Translations under genes and position numbers: made by a program
Notes under the pieces: model-generated
Databases searched by the model: none
Told to the model about the DNA's origin: nothing
What the model saw: the letters and a program-made list of their open reading frames with translations, nothing else
DNA from: Clostridia bacterium
Lineage (GTDB): Bacteria > Bacillota > Clostridia > Oscillospirales > Acutalibacteraceae
Direction of reading: 5' to 3'
DNA: 64,000 bases
Assembly (NCBI GenBank): GCA_029098305.1
Contig: JAQXOB010000047.1
Location: 5,101 to 69,100 of the forward strand
Shown here: piece by piece, positions 55,776 through 64,000 of the stretch
How positions within the stretch are numbered: position 1 is the stretch's first letter
Layout: every line of letters begins with the position of its first letter

Positions 55776-56714
55776 TCAATCTAGACGCTGACTCCATTCA
55801 CGCCAGCCCTCGCCTGTGACCTCATGTGCATCAGAAACCACTGTGAAAGCCCTGCTATCCACACTGTTTACTATCTTATATACAGTGTTCACCTGATTAG
55901 GCTTAACAGCGCACATCAGAGTGATCATATCAGCATTGCTATATCCACCTCTAGATTCAAACACAGTCACACTGCGGTCTATCTTTTTGAAAATTTCTGT
56001 TTTTATGCTGTTTTCATACTCCTGTTTTGTGACTATAAACATAATCTTTCCTGTGCCCGAATCGGTTATATACATTATAGCATCTATCATCTTTGTATAG
56101 ATAAATAGCACGATTATAGCATACATAGGGCTCTCTACACTGTGAAATACAAAAGCCGATGCAAGCACCACAAAGCCATCCACAGCCATCAACAGCTTTC
56201 CTATAGAAAAATGCGGAAACGATTTGTTTACCATTCGTGCCACAATGTCTGTACCACCGGTGGTGGCGTTCCTCGTGAGCACCAGCGCAAGACCTGCGCC
56301 ACCAATTACACCGCCAAACAATGCCGCAAGAAGTGGATCTTGCTTGTAATACCACTCGACGGGTATGACAGCCGGATTTTCAAAAATCGTAATCGCAACC
56401 GAAGTAACCAATGTGGCATATATGGTCTTTGCCAAAAACTTAAATCCCAACCCGATAGTTGCCCAAATAAGCAAAGGCAGGTTAAATATAAGCACAAGAG
56501 TACCGGTGCTAAGCACAGGGAAAAGCTTGTTTACTAATATAGATATACCTGTCACTCCGCCCGGCGCCATATTGTTAGGATCAATAAATATTGCGATTGA
56601 TATCGAATAAAGCAACGAGCCTATCGTCAACAATCCAACTTCCTTAAAAAAACTAAACACAGTTTTTATCGTTAATGGAGTTTTAGGCGTTTTATTCTGT
56701 TTTAATTTACTCAT
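55776..56714 (-). CDS. YitT-family membrane protein (with C-terminal DUF2179)
   Basis: Multi-TM N-terminal region with ATTGGTDIVARM. C-terminal soluble domain ...VTVFESRGGYS... Start set at MSKLKQNK (ATG 56714), overlapping the mrnC stop by 8 nt. Confidence 0.85.
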   Translation of the reverse strand: MSKLKQNKTPKTPLTIKTVFSFFKEVGLLTIGSLLYSISIAIFIDPNNMAPGGVTGISILVNKLFPVLSTGTLVLIFNLPLLIWATIGLGFKFLAKTIYATLVTSVAITIFENPAVIPVEWYYKQDPLLAALFGGVIGGAGLALVLTRNATTGGTDIVARMVNKSFPHFSIGKLLMAVDGFVVLASAFVFHSVESPMYAIIVLFIYTKMIDAIMYITDSGTGKIMFIVTKQEYENSIKTEIFKKIDRSVTVFESRGGYSNADMITLMCAVKPNQVNTVYKIVNSVDSRAFTVVSDAHEVTGEGWREWSQRLD

Positions 56715-57159
56715 CAGTCTCACCATCATTATTTTTGGAGTAAGAATACAGCTCACGTATTCTCTCAATATTATTTTGCAGATAAAGATACCCAAACAGT
56801 GCCTCCAAACCCGTTGCGCTGTGATAATCAGCGTTTGAGGCATTTTTAGGAGCCTTCACATGGGCGTTACGTCCACATTTATACACTTTCATTTCGTCTT
56901 CGGTCAAAATATTCTCTATAACGTGGAGCATCTCTGCCTGTGCCTTACAGCACACTCTTGATATTTTTTCTTTGTTTAGCTCTGCCACCGGACGATTACC
57001 GGCACACACCAGCTCTTCCCTTACAAGCAACTCAAACACGCTATCGCCAATAAAAGCAAGATTTAGCGGGCTGTATTCACGCACATTGCAGGGCAAATTA
57101 AGCAATCTTTCCATATGCGATATGTATAGGCATTGCACCCCGAAAAATTCAAAGTGCAA
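56707..57159 (-). CDS. mrnC: Mini-ribonuclease III
   Basis: SPLNLAFIGDSVFELLVRE matches the Mini-III signature (LAYIGDAVYEL.VR). The start is either TTG 57159 (preceded by AAGGAAAGGA) or ATG 57114. Confidence 0.85.
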   Translation of the reverse strand: MHFEFFGVQCLYISHMERLLNLPCNVREYSPLNLAFIGDSVFELLVREELVCAGNRPVAELNKEKISRVCCKAQAEMLHVIENILTEDEMKVYKCGRNAHVKAPKNASNADYHSATGLEALFGYLYLQNNIERIRELYSYSKNNDGETDE

Positions 57160-57182
57160 TATCCTTTCCTTTCTATGACGGA

Positions 57183-58454
57183 TTATTCTACGAAGTCAAA
57201 TTCTATATCGTATATTACCACCGTGTCACCCTCGCCACAGCCTCTTCTGCGTAGCTCATCTATGACGCCGCCGGTGATAAGCATTCTCTGGAAATACTGC
57301 ATTGACTCATAATCATCAAAATTGACAGATTTCATTATCTTGAGCAACCATTCACCCTCAACGAAATAAACATTATCGTTGTTTGTGATCTTAACTGCAT
57401 ATTTTTCGGTTCTATCCGGAATCACAACAGGCTCAGGATCAGGCTCATATTGCTTGATTGGAGGAAGCTTTGATAGCATCTCGACTATTTTGTTAAGCAA
57501 TGGGTCTACATCATATCTTATAGCCGCCATTATCGGGAAGAAGTGATAGCCTTTGCTTTCTACATAATTTTTGAAATTCTCTATCTGCTCATCAGTGGCA
57601 AGATCGCACTTATTACCTGCCACAAGCATTGGGCGTTTGCTTAGTTCTTCGTTAAACTTTGCCAACTCGTTGTTGATTATATTAAAATCTTCAATAGGAT
57701 CTCTGCCCTCACTGCCTGATATATCTACTATATGCACTAACATTCTGCATCTATCCACATGACGAAGGAATTGATGTCCTAATCCAACGCCTTGCCATGC
57801 GCCCTCGATGAGTCCCGGTATATCGGCAATTACAAACGAATTACCCTCTCCCATATTAACTACACCAAGGTTAGGTGTGATAGTAGTAAAATGGTAGTTA
57901 GCGATAACTGGCTTTGCCTCACTCACAACAGAAACGAGTGTTGATTTGCCCACATTAGGGAATCCAACAAGTCCCACATCTGCTAAAAGCTTTAGCTCTA
58001 GAGTAACGTCAAATTCCTCACCTGGCATACCCGGCTTTGAGAACCTAGGTGTCTGCCTTGTGGATGTGGAAAAGTGAGTGTTACCCCAGCCACCTTTGCC
58101 TCCTCGTGCGACTATTACAGGCTCTTTGCCTGAGATATCTGCCATCAATCTGCCGGTTTCGGTTTCTTTGATGATAGTACCAATCGGCACGTGTATCACA
58201 AGGTCTTTTGCACTTTTTCCTGTGCAGCGAGCAGCCTTACCATTTTCACCATTTGGTGCAACATATTTTCTTTTGTATCTAAAATCAGCCAGTGTGGAGA
58301 TGTTGGAGTCTGCCACGAAAACTATGTTTCCGCCTTTGCCTCCGTCACCACCATCAGGGCCACCTGATGCCACATATTTTTCACGGTGAAACGACACTGC
58401 TCCGTCGCCACCATCACCGGCTTTTATCTTAATTTTTGCTATGTCAACAAACAT
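57183..58454 (-). CDS. obg: GTPase Obg/CgtA
   Basis: MFVDIAKIKIKAGDGGDGAVSFHREKY Gly-rich Obg fold. G1 motif GFPNVGKST, plus DIPGLIEGA and NKCD. C-terminal TGS-like/OCT domain. Confidence 0.95.
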   Translation of the reverse strand: MFVDIAKIKIKAGDGGDGAVSFHREKYVASGGPDGGDGGKGGNIVFVADSNISTLADFRYKRKYVAPNGENGKAARCTGKSAKDLVIHVPIGTIIKETETGRLMADISGKEPVIVARGGKGGWGNTHFSTSTRQTPRFSKPGMPGEEFDVTLELKLLADVGLVGFPNVGKSTLVSVVSEAKPVIANYHFTTITPNLGVVNMGEGNSFVIADIPGLIEGAWQGVGLGHQFLRHVDRCRMLVHIVDISGSEGRDPIEDFNIINNELAKFNEELSKRPMLVAGNKCDLATDEQIENFKNYVESKGYHFFPIMAAIRYDVDPLLNKIVEMLSKLPPIKQYEPDPEPVVIPDRTEKYAVKITNNDNVYFVEGEWLLKIMKSVNFDDYESMQYFQRMLITGGVIDELRRRGCGEGDTVVIYDIEFDFVE

Positions 58455-58541
58455 TTATATTCCTCCTCGCTGTCACATCCGCTGTAAAATCAGATATGCA
58501 AAGAAAAAGTCCTTTTGCCTAATAATGCAAATCTACTGCTA

Positions 58542-59630
58542 TTATTTATCGGATAATTCGTAACCAAGCAATTCTTTTGGTAGCTTTGCGAAATTGTGGT
58601 AGCCGTCCTTTGTAACAAGCACTATATCCTCTATTCTCACGCCAAACTCGCCCGGTAGATAGATTCCCGGCTCGATTGTGATCACCATGCCCTCTTCGAG
58701 AACAGTGTCGCACGATGGTGACACACCCGGCTTCTCGTGGATTTCAATGCCTACACCATGGCCTGTGGAATGACGGAAATAATCGCCATAGCCTGCCTCG
58801 GTGATAATATCACGTGCGGCTTTGTCTATATCACTGCACTTTACGCCGGCCTTTACCATTTCAAGCGCTGTGAGCTGTGCCTCTAATACAATACTATATA
58901 TATCACACATTTTTTGGTTTACTTCGCCGATAGCTACTGTGCGTGTCATATCACTGTGATATCCATCATACACAGCACCTATGTCCATTGTGAAAAATGA
59001 GTTATTCTCTATCACGCTTTCGTCAGGCTCGCCATGTGGCATTGATGTCTTTTTGCCACTGATTGTAATTAAATCAAAAGACACCTCAGATGCACCTAGC
59101 TTTTTCATCTCATATTCAAGCTCCAGTGCAAACTCACGCTCTGTCATGCCTTTGTGGAGCTTTTCGAGAGTTTTGAGCATGGCTTCCTCTGAGATTTCTT
59201 GTGCTTTTTGTATTTTTAATTTTTCGTTTTCGTCTTTGATTAGTCTTAGCTCAGACAAAAGCTTGTCGAGAGTATTATCCGACACAGCCTTTACTCCTGT
59301 TTCCTCCAGCTTTGCACAAAATGCATTTGATGCACTCACGCAGAGATTATCCTGCTCAAAATAAACAGTAGTAATATTATCTGACTTTATTATTTCATTT
59401 ATGCTTTCAAAAAGCTTTGAGAAGCACACCACCTTGCAGTGCTTTACAGCAAGCTCGCAAGCCTCTATATATCTGGAATCTACCAACAGATAGGCATTGT
59501 TTTTATCAATTAGCAATGCACCATCAGTAGATTTAAATCCCGTGAGATAAAAGTTGTGCAATTCTGATATAATCAGGTATGCACTGCCATCTGCCAAACT
59601 GTTTTGTAGCTTTTTTATTTTATTTATCAT
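58542..59630 (-). CDS. Xaa-Pro aminopeptidase/dipeptidase (M24B family)
   Basis: DIGAVYDGYHSDMTRT, HSTGHGVGIEIHE, ITIEPGIY and RIED are the metal-ligand motifs. GGAGG SD lies before ATG 59630. Confidence 0.9.
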   Translation of the reverse strand: MINKIKKLQNSLADGSAYLIISELHNFYLTGFKSTDGALLIDKNNAYLLVDSRYIEACELAVKHCKVVCFSKLFESINEIIKSDNITTVYFEQDNLCVSASNAFCAKLEETGVKAVSDNTLDKLLSELRLIKDENEKLKIQKAQEISEEAMLKTLEKLHKGMTEREFALELEYEMKKLGASEVSFDLITISGKKTSMPHGEPDESVIENNSFFTMDIGAVYDGYHSDMTRTVAIGEVNQKMCDIYSIVLEAQLTALEMVKAGVKCSDIDKAARDIITEAGYGDYFRHSTGHGVGIEIHEKPGVSPSCDTVLEEGMVITIEPGIYLPGEFGVRIEDIVLVTKDGYHNFAKLPKELLGYELSDK

Positions 59631-59671
59631 AAATTTCAATCCTCCGATCAAAATACAACATTGCAATTACA

Positions 59672-60175
59672 TTAAAAAGGATTACTTCGGCTCATATTTT
59701 TATCATGAAAGCGTTTGAAAAGTCGTCTTCTAAATCCTACTGTACCCGCCTCGTTAGATGTGTCTATAGGCTCTATCAAAGCTGATTTTAAAAAGCTGAT
59801 ATTAGCACCGAGTATATCGGTGAAAATCTGATCACCGCACACAAGAACATTCTTTCTTTTTGACTTCGACTTTATGAGCGCTCTGGTATAGCCAAATGGC
59901 GATGGCTTGAGGCACATATGCACAAAGTCAATATCCACACGCTTTGCAAATGGCTCTACATTCTTTTTATAATTGTTTGAACACAAGATAATTTTAAATC
60001 CATTGCTTTTGATATCATCCAGCCACAACATCACATCCCCGCTCACGTTATCATCCGAAAACCTTTTGATAGTGTTATCGATATCGAGAAATAAAGTGTC
60101 TATATTCATTTTGCGAAGAATATCGGGCGTGATATCTGTAACCTTACTAAAATAACAATACGAGCGAAAAAGCAT
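59672..60175 (-). CDS. YqeG-type HAD-IIIA phosphatase
   Basis: LFLDIDNTI (DxDxT), CSNN and VCGDQIFTDILGAN motifs. Size of ~167 aa. Confidence 0.85.
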   Translation of the reverse strand: MLFRSYCYFSKVTDITPDILRKMNIDTLFLDIDNTIKRFSDDNVSGDVMLWLDDIKSNGFKIILCSNNYKKNVEPFAKRVDIDFVHMCLKPSPFGYTRALIKSKSKRKNVLVCGDQIFTDILGANISFLKSALIEPIDTSNEAGTVGFRRRLFKRFHDKNMSRSNPF

Positions 60176-60306
60176 TGTGTCATTCCTTTTTTAGCTTCGA
60201 TTGGTGATACGGACTGCATAAAGTTCAAAAGGAGCAACACAAAACCGTATGCGATCTTGCACTGCTCCCTTTTAATCCAAATCAATCCGAATAGATAAGA
60301 AGTCGA

Positions 60307-60483
60307 TTATTTAAATTTTCTCTTACGAGCTGCTTCAGACTTCTTTTTACGCTTTACAGAAGGCTTCTCATAAGCTTGTCTTTTGCGAACTTCTGCAATA
60401 ACGCCTTCTCTTGCATACTGTCTTTTAAATCTTCTCAAAGCACTTTCAAGAGACTCGTTGTCTTTAACTTTTACTTCAGCCAT
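60307..60483 (-). CDS. rpsU: 30S ribosomal protein S21
   Basis: [58 protein letters not shown] is a canonical S21 sequence. Confidence 0.95.
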   Translation of the reverse strand: MAEVKVKDNESLESALRRFKRQYAREGVIAEVRKRQAYEKPSVKRKKKSEAARKRKFK

Positions 60484-60541
60484 TATAATTTCCCTCCCAT
60501 CCGCCGTACGGCAGGGGTTTAATTGCAAAACTGCTTTGCTG

Positions 60542-60571
60542 ATTATACTACTAAAGATATAGTTTTGTCAA
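60542..60571 (-). promoter_or_regulatory. Sigma-A-type promoter of rpsU (TTGACA-N18-TATAAT on minus strand)
   Basis: Plus-strand attata at 60542-60547 and tgtcaa at 60566-60571. Confidence 0.6.
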
Positions 60572-60756
60572 TAGTAAAAAGTGAAAAATGACGAAAAAAT
60601 ATTTATTTTTCTTATTATTTTGCCAAATCAGGTATTATTTATGTGCTAAAATCTGTAAAAATTTATTTTTTCTCGCATACACAAATATATTTTACTAAAT
60701 ATATTGAAAATATGCAACTTTTTGGTATAATAAATAGGTATGTATAAAAAAGCAAA

Positions 60757-60789
60757 GGAGGAAAGATGCGTTCTTAGCGCATCAAAAGT
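60757..60789 (+). promoter_or_regulatory. gltX translation-initiation region: SD, 3-codon mini-ORF and hairpin, then the start codon
   Basis: GGAGG at 60757-60761. ATG CGT TCT TAG at 60766-60777. Hairpin gatgcg (60765-60770) pairs with cgcatc (60778-60783). gltX ATG at 60790 has no SD of its own. Confidence 0.5.
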
Positions 60790-62247
60790 ATGAGCGAAAA
60801 AACAGTAAGAACCAGATATGCACCAAGCCCAACAGGCTTTATGCACGTAGGAAACCTTAGAACAGCATTATACGAATACCTTACCGCAAAATCACAAGGC
60901 GGAAAGTTTATTTTGAGAATAGAAGACACTGACCGTGAGAGATATGTCGATGGTGCTGTGGATATCATCTATAACACTCTTAGCCAAGCAGGATTAAAGC
61001 ATGATGAAGGTCCTGATATCGGCGGTGACTTTGGGCCATATGTGCAGAGTGAGCGCAAAGATATGTATTTGCCATATGCTATGAAGCTAATTGAGGATGG
61101 CAAGGCTTATCGTTGCTTCTGCAGCAAAGAAAGACTCGAACAGCTTCGTGAGAGTGAGGAGTTTGCTGCCGGTGGATATGATAGAAAGTGCCGTGATCTC
61201 TCTGAAGAAGAAATTCAGAAGTTGCTCGATGCCGGCACACCATATGTTATTCGCCAAAAGATGCCAATAGATGGCGAAACATCTTTCACAGATTCTGTGT
61301 TTGGCACAATCACAGTAGACAATAAAGAGTTACAGGACCAAATCCTGATAAAAGAAGACGGCTACCCTACCTATAACTTTGCAAATGTTATTGACGACCA
61401 CACAATGGGCATAACTCACGTGGTAAGAGGATGCGAGTATCTCTCCTCCACTCCAAAATATAATCTTCTTTATGAAGCATTCGGATGGGAAATACCCACT
61501 TATATCCATCTTCCACTTATCATGGGAAAAGATGCAGAGGGTACGGTTTCTAAGCTTTCTAAAAGACATGGCTCCACAGGTTTTGAAGACCTAGTTAAAG
61601 AAGGCTATCTGCCGGAGGCTATTATAAACTACATTGCTCTGCTTGGCTGGTGTCCTAAAGACAACCAAGAGATATTTACAATAGAAGAGCTTGAAAAGGC
61701 TTTCTTTATAGGTGGCATAAGTAAGTCACCATCTATATTTGACTATGACAAGCTGGCATGGTTTAACTCAGAATACATCAAAAATATGGAGCTTGAAAAA
61801 TTCGCAGAGCTATGCGCTCCTTACTTTGAGCAGGCAGGCTGTGGCAACCTTGATAAAGTAAAGCTTGCGTCTATACTGCAAAAGAGAGTATCTAAGCTTA
61901 CAGAGATACCTGAGATGGTAGAGTTTTTTGCAAACATACCGGATTATGACATAGAGCTTTTTGTAAACAAAAAGAGCAAAACCACACTCGAAAATGCACC
62001 TGTAATTCTCGGCAACGTTACAGAGGCACTCAGAGCTTTGGAGAGCTGGGATAGCGAGACTATTCACGACTGCTTTATGAAGCTTGCAGAGAAATACGAG
62101 CTCAAAAACGGCACAGTGATGTGGCCTGCAAGAATAGCTGTTTCGGGCAAAACTGTAACACCTGGTGGCGCTGTTGAAATACTTGATATTCTCGGAAGAG
62201 ATGAGTCACTCAAAAGACTGGAAGCAGGTCTTGCAAAATTAGGATAA
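60790..62247 (+). CDS. gltX: Glutamate--tRNA ligase
   Basis: RYAPSPTGFMHVGNLRTAL (HIGH region) and KLSKRHG (KMSKS). An in-frame TAG at 60775 excludes any upstream start. Confidence 0.95.
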   Translation: MSEKTVRTRYAPSPTGFMHVGNLRTALYEYLTAKSQGGKFILRIEDTDRERYVDGAVDIIYNTLSQAGLKHDEGPDIGGDFGPYVQSERKDMYLPYAMKLIEDGKAYRCFCSKERLEQLRESEEFAAGGYDRKCRDLSEEEIQKLLDAGTPYVIRQKMPIDGETSFTDSVFGTITVDNKELQDQILIKEDGYPTYNFANVIDDHTMGITHVVRGCEYLSSTPKYNLLYEAFGWEIPTYIHLPLIMGKDAEGTVSKLSKRHGSTGFEDLVKEGYLPEAIINYIALLGWCPKDNQEIFTIEELEKAFFIGGISKSPSIFDYDKLAWFNSEYIKNMELEKFAELCAPYFEQAGCGNLDKVKLASILQKRVSKLTEIPEMVEFFANIPDYDIELFVNKKSKTTLENAPVILGNVTEALRALESWDSETIHDCFMKLAEKYELKNGTVMWPARIAVSGKTVTPGGAVEILDILGRDESLKRLEAGLAKLG

Positions 62248-62270
62248 TAATTAAAAAGGAATGATAAAAT

Positions 62271-63935
62271 ATGGCAGATGAAATTTTCAGCAATTTTATA
62301 GAAGATTTTGTAAAAGAAGATATCGCTGAGGGTGGCAGAGTAGCAGGACAACAGGTGCATACACGTTTTCCGCCTGAGCCAAACGGATATCTCCACATTG
62401 GTCATGCAAAGGCTATCTGCATAGATTTTGGCATAGCAGAAAAGTTTAACGGCATATGCAATCTGCGCATGGACGATACCAACCCAACTAAAGAAGACGT
62501 GGAATATGTGGATGCTATCAAAGAAGATATCAAATGGCTTGGCTTCACTTGGGATGACAGATTTTATTTTGCATCAGAATATTTTGATAAGATGTATGAA
62601 TGTGCTGTAGAGCTGATAAAAAAAGGTCTTGCATATGTGTGCGAGCTTAGCCCTGAGGAAATGCGCTTAAACAGAGGCGACCTCTCTCATCCTGCTGTTA
62701 GTCCATATCGTGATAGACCAATGGAAGAGAGCCTAGACCTCTTCGAAAGAATGAAAAACGGTGAATTTGAAGACGGAAAAATGACTCTCCGTGCAAAAAT
62801 AGACCTCAATTCAGGCAACTTTAATATGCGTGATCCTGTAATCTACAGAATCAACAGAATCAGGCATCACCGCACAGGTGACAAGTGGTGCATATATCCT
62901 ATGTATGACTTTGCTCATCCTATCGAAGATGCTATGGAGTGTATCACTCACTCTCTCTGTTCACTAGAGTTTGAGGACCACCGTCCACTTTATGATTGGG
63001 TAGTAAACAATGTAACATTGCCATCAAGACCACGACAGATAGAGTTTGCCAGACTTGGCATAAACAACACTGTAATGAGTAAGAGAAAGCTGAGAAAGCT
63101 TGTGGAGGAAGGCTATGTAGATGGTTGGGACGATCCTAGAATGCCTACTCTTTGCGGACTTAGAAGACGTGGCTACACACCAACTTCTATTCGCAACTTC
63201 TGCGAGAGAATCGGCGTTTCTAAGGTAAACAGCATTGTAGAATACAGCTTTTTGGAGCACTGTCTGCGTGAGGACCTCAACGATAACGCAAAAAGAACAA
63301 TGGCTGTAATAAACCCAATCAAGCTTATTCTTACCAACTATCCTGAAGACCTCACAGAGGAATTTGAGGTAGAGAACAATCCAAACAGACCCGAAGACGG
63401 CACTCGCACTGTAACTTTCTCCAGAGAAAGCTATATCGAAGCCGACGACTTTATGGAAGAGCCTATTAAGGGTTATCACCGTTTTTATGTTGGAAATGAG
63501 GTTAGACTAAAAACAACATATGTTGTAAAATGCACAGGCTTCAAAAAAGATGAAAACGGAAAAGTTGTTGAGGTTTATGCTGAGTATGACCCTGAAACAA
63601 GAGGCGGAAACACACCTGACGGCAGAAAGGTAAGAGGAACAGTTCACTGGGTAGATGCCAAAAACTGTCTTGACGCAGAAGTGAGATTGTATAACAATCT
63701 GTTTACAGTGCCGGACCCAGACACAGGTGATAAAGACTTCCTTGATTATCTCAATGATGAGTCACTCGTAGTAATCAAAAACTGTAAGGTAGAGAAATCT
63801 ATGCGTGATGATGATGTTACATCATATCAGTTTATGAGATTAGGATATTTCTGCCGTGACAGCAAGCACAGCACACCTGATCACCTCGTTTATAACAGAA
63901 GCGTATCGTTAAAAGACGGCTTTAAAAAGAAATAA
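62271..63935 (+). CDS. glnS: Glutamine--tRNA ligase
   Basis: [17 protein letters not shown] (HIGH), VMSKRKL (KMSKS) and a C-terminal anticodon-binding beta-barrel region (HWV...). Confidence 0.93.
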   Translation: MADEIFSNFIEDFVKEDIAEGGRVAGQQVHTRFPPEPNGYLHIGHAKAICIDFGIAEKFNGICNLRMDDTNPTKEDVEYVDAIKEDIKWLGFTWDDRFYFASEYFDKMYECAVELIKKGLAYVCELSPEEMRLNRGDLSHPAVSPYRDRPMEESLDLFERMKNGEFEDGKMTLRAKIDLNSGNFNMRDPVIYRINRIRHHRTGDKWCIYPMYDFAHPIEDAMECITHSLCSLEFEDHRPLYDWVVNNVTLPSRPRQIEFARLGINNTVMSKRKLRKLVEEGYVDGWDDPRMPTLCGLRRRGYTPTSIRNFCERIGVSKVNSIVEYSFLEHCLREDLNDNAKRTMAVINPIKLILTNYPEDLTEEFEVENNPNRPEDGTRTVTFSRESYIEADDFMEEPIKGYHRFYVGNEVRLKTTYVVKCTGFKKDENGKVVEVYAEYDPETRGGNTPDGRKVRGTVHWVDAKNCLDAEVRLYNNLFTVPDPDTGDKDFLDYLNDESLVVIKNCKVEKSMRDDDVTSYQFMRLGYFCRDSKHSTPDHLVYNRSVSLKDGFKKK

Positions 63936-63946
63936 TATAAAACTAT

Positions 63947-64000
63947 AAAGTCTTAAATGTCGTGTTTTATACCAAAGCGACTTTAAGACTTTGTTTTTTT
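63947..64000 (+). terminator. Rho-independent terminator
   Basis: aaagtcttaaa(t)gtcg / cgactttaagacttt stem followed by GTTTTTTT at the window end. Confidence 0.75.

Noticed and set aside
55776-56843. Long form of the YitT ORF (extra 43 N-terminal codons)
   Set aside because: The extension overlaps the 3' end of mrnC. The MSKLKQNK start gives the usual short cytoplasmic N-terminus and a typical 8-nt overlap with the upstream gene.
60790-63935. Adjacent gltX and glnS as something unusual
   Set aside because: Both look like complete, canonical class I synthetases. Clostridia commonly encode GlnRS, so the adjacency alone is not noteworthy.

Overview
Low-GC Firmicute chromosome segment, most plausibly from a Ruminococcus-like (Oscillospiraceae) gut or rumen anaerobe. 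Three secreted proteins carry two-segment type-I dockerins, and the housekeeping genes look clostridial. I support about 48 protein-coding genes, one pseudogene fragment, several sigma-A-type promoters and hairpin terminators, and three repeat families. I saw no rRNA, tRNA, CRISPR array, transposase or prophage genes. Housekeeping genes: malic enzyme (3' fragment), trpS, ackA, tmcAL, a DUF1015-like gene, flavin reductase-rubredoxin, 2-hydroxyacid dehydrogenase, ribF, ABC exporter, M20 amidohydrolase, TIGR01212 radical SAM, YitT, mrnC, obg, Xaa-Pro aminopeptidase, YqeG-type HAD, rpsU, gltX, glnS. Accessory and cell-surface content: (1) At 35.0-55.1 kb, three tandem minus-strand giant secreted proteins (2466, 2180 and 1751 aa) share a C-terminal ~190-aa module and have no recognisable anchor. 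The two vWA/LRR giants each have a paralogous promoter and leader upstream. Each is followed by an unannotated 53-codon acidic ORF with a strong SD, below the ORF-track cutoff, and an identical terminator. This is my strongest candidate for an undescribed system. (2) At 24.0-26.2 kb, a tightly coupled operon encodes an HprK-like P-loop protein, a PqqD/RRE protein, an S24/S26 peptidase and a Zn-ribbon membrane protein, with no visible precursor peptide or core maturase. (3) At 17.6-21.0 kb, an operon encodes an 84-aa minimal sortase substrate (APITG sorting signal), two class B sortases and an LCP enzyme. (4) At 5.1-7.9 kb, an RHS/YD core remnant sits beside lipoprotein, ankyrin and membrane-protein genes. 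(5) GC-rich structured repeats lie at 21.45-21.65 kb and 55.43-55.74 kb. All functional calls come from motif recognition by eye; no database search or folding program was run.
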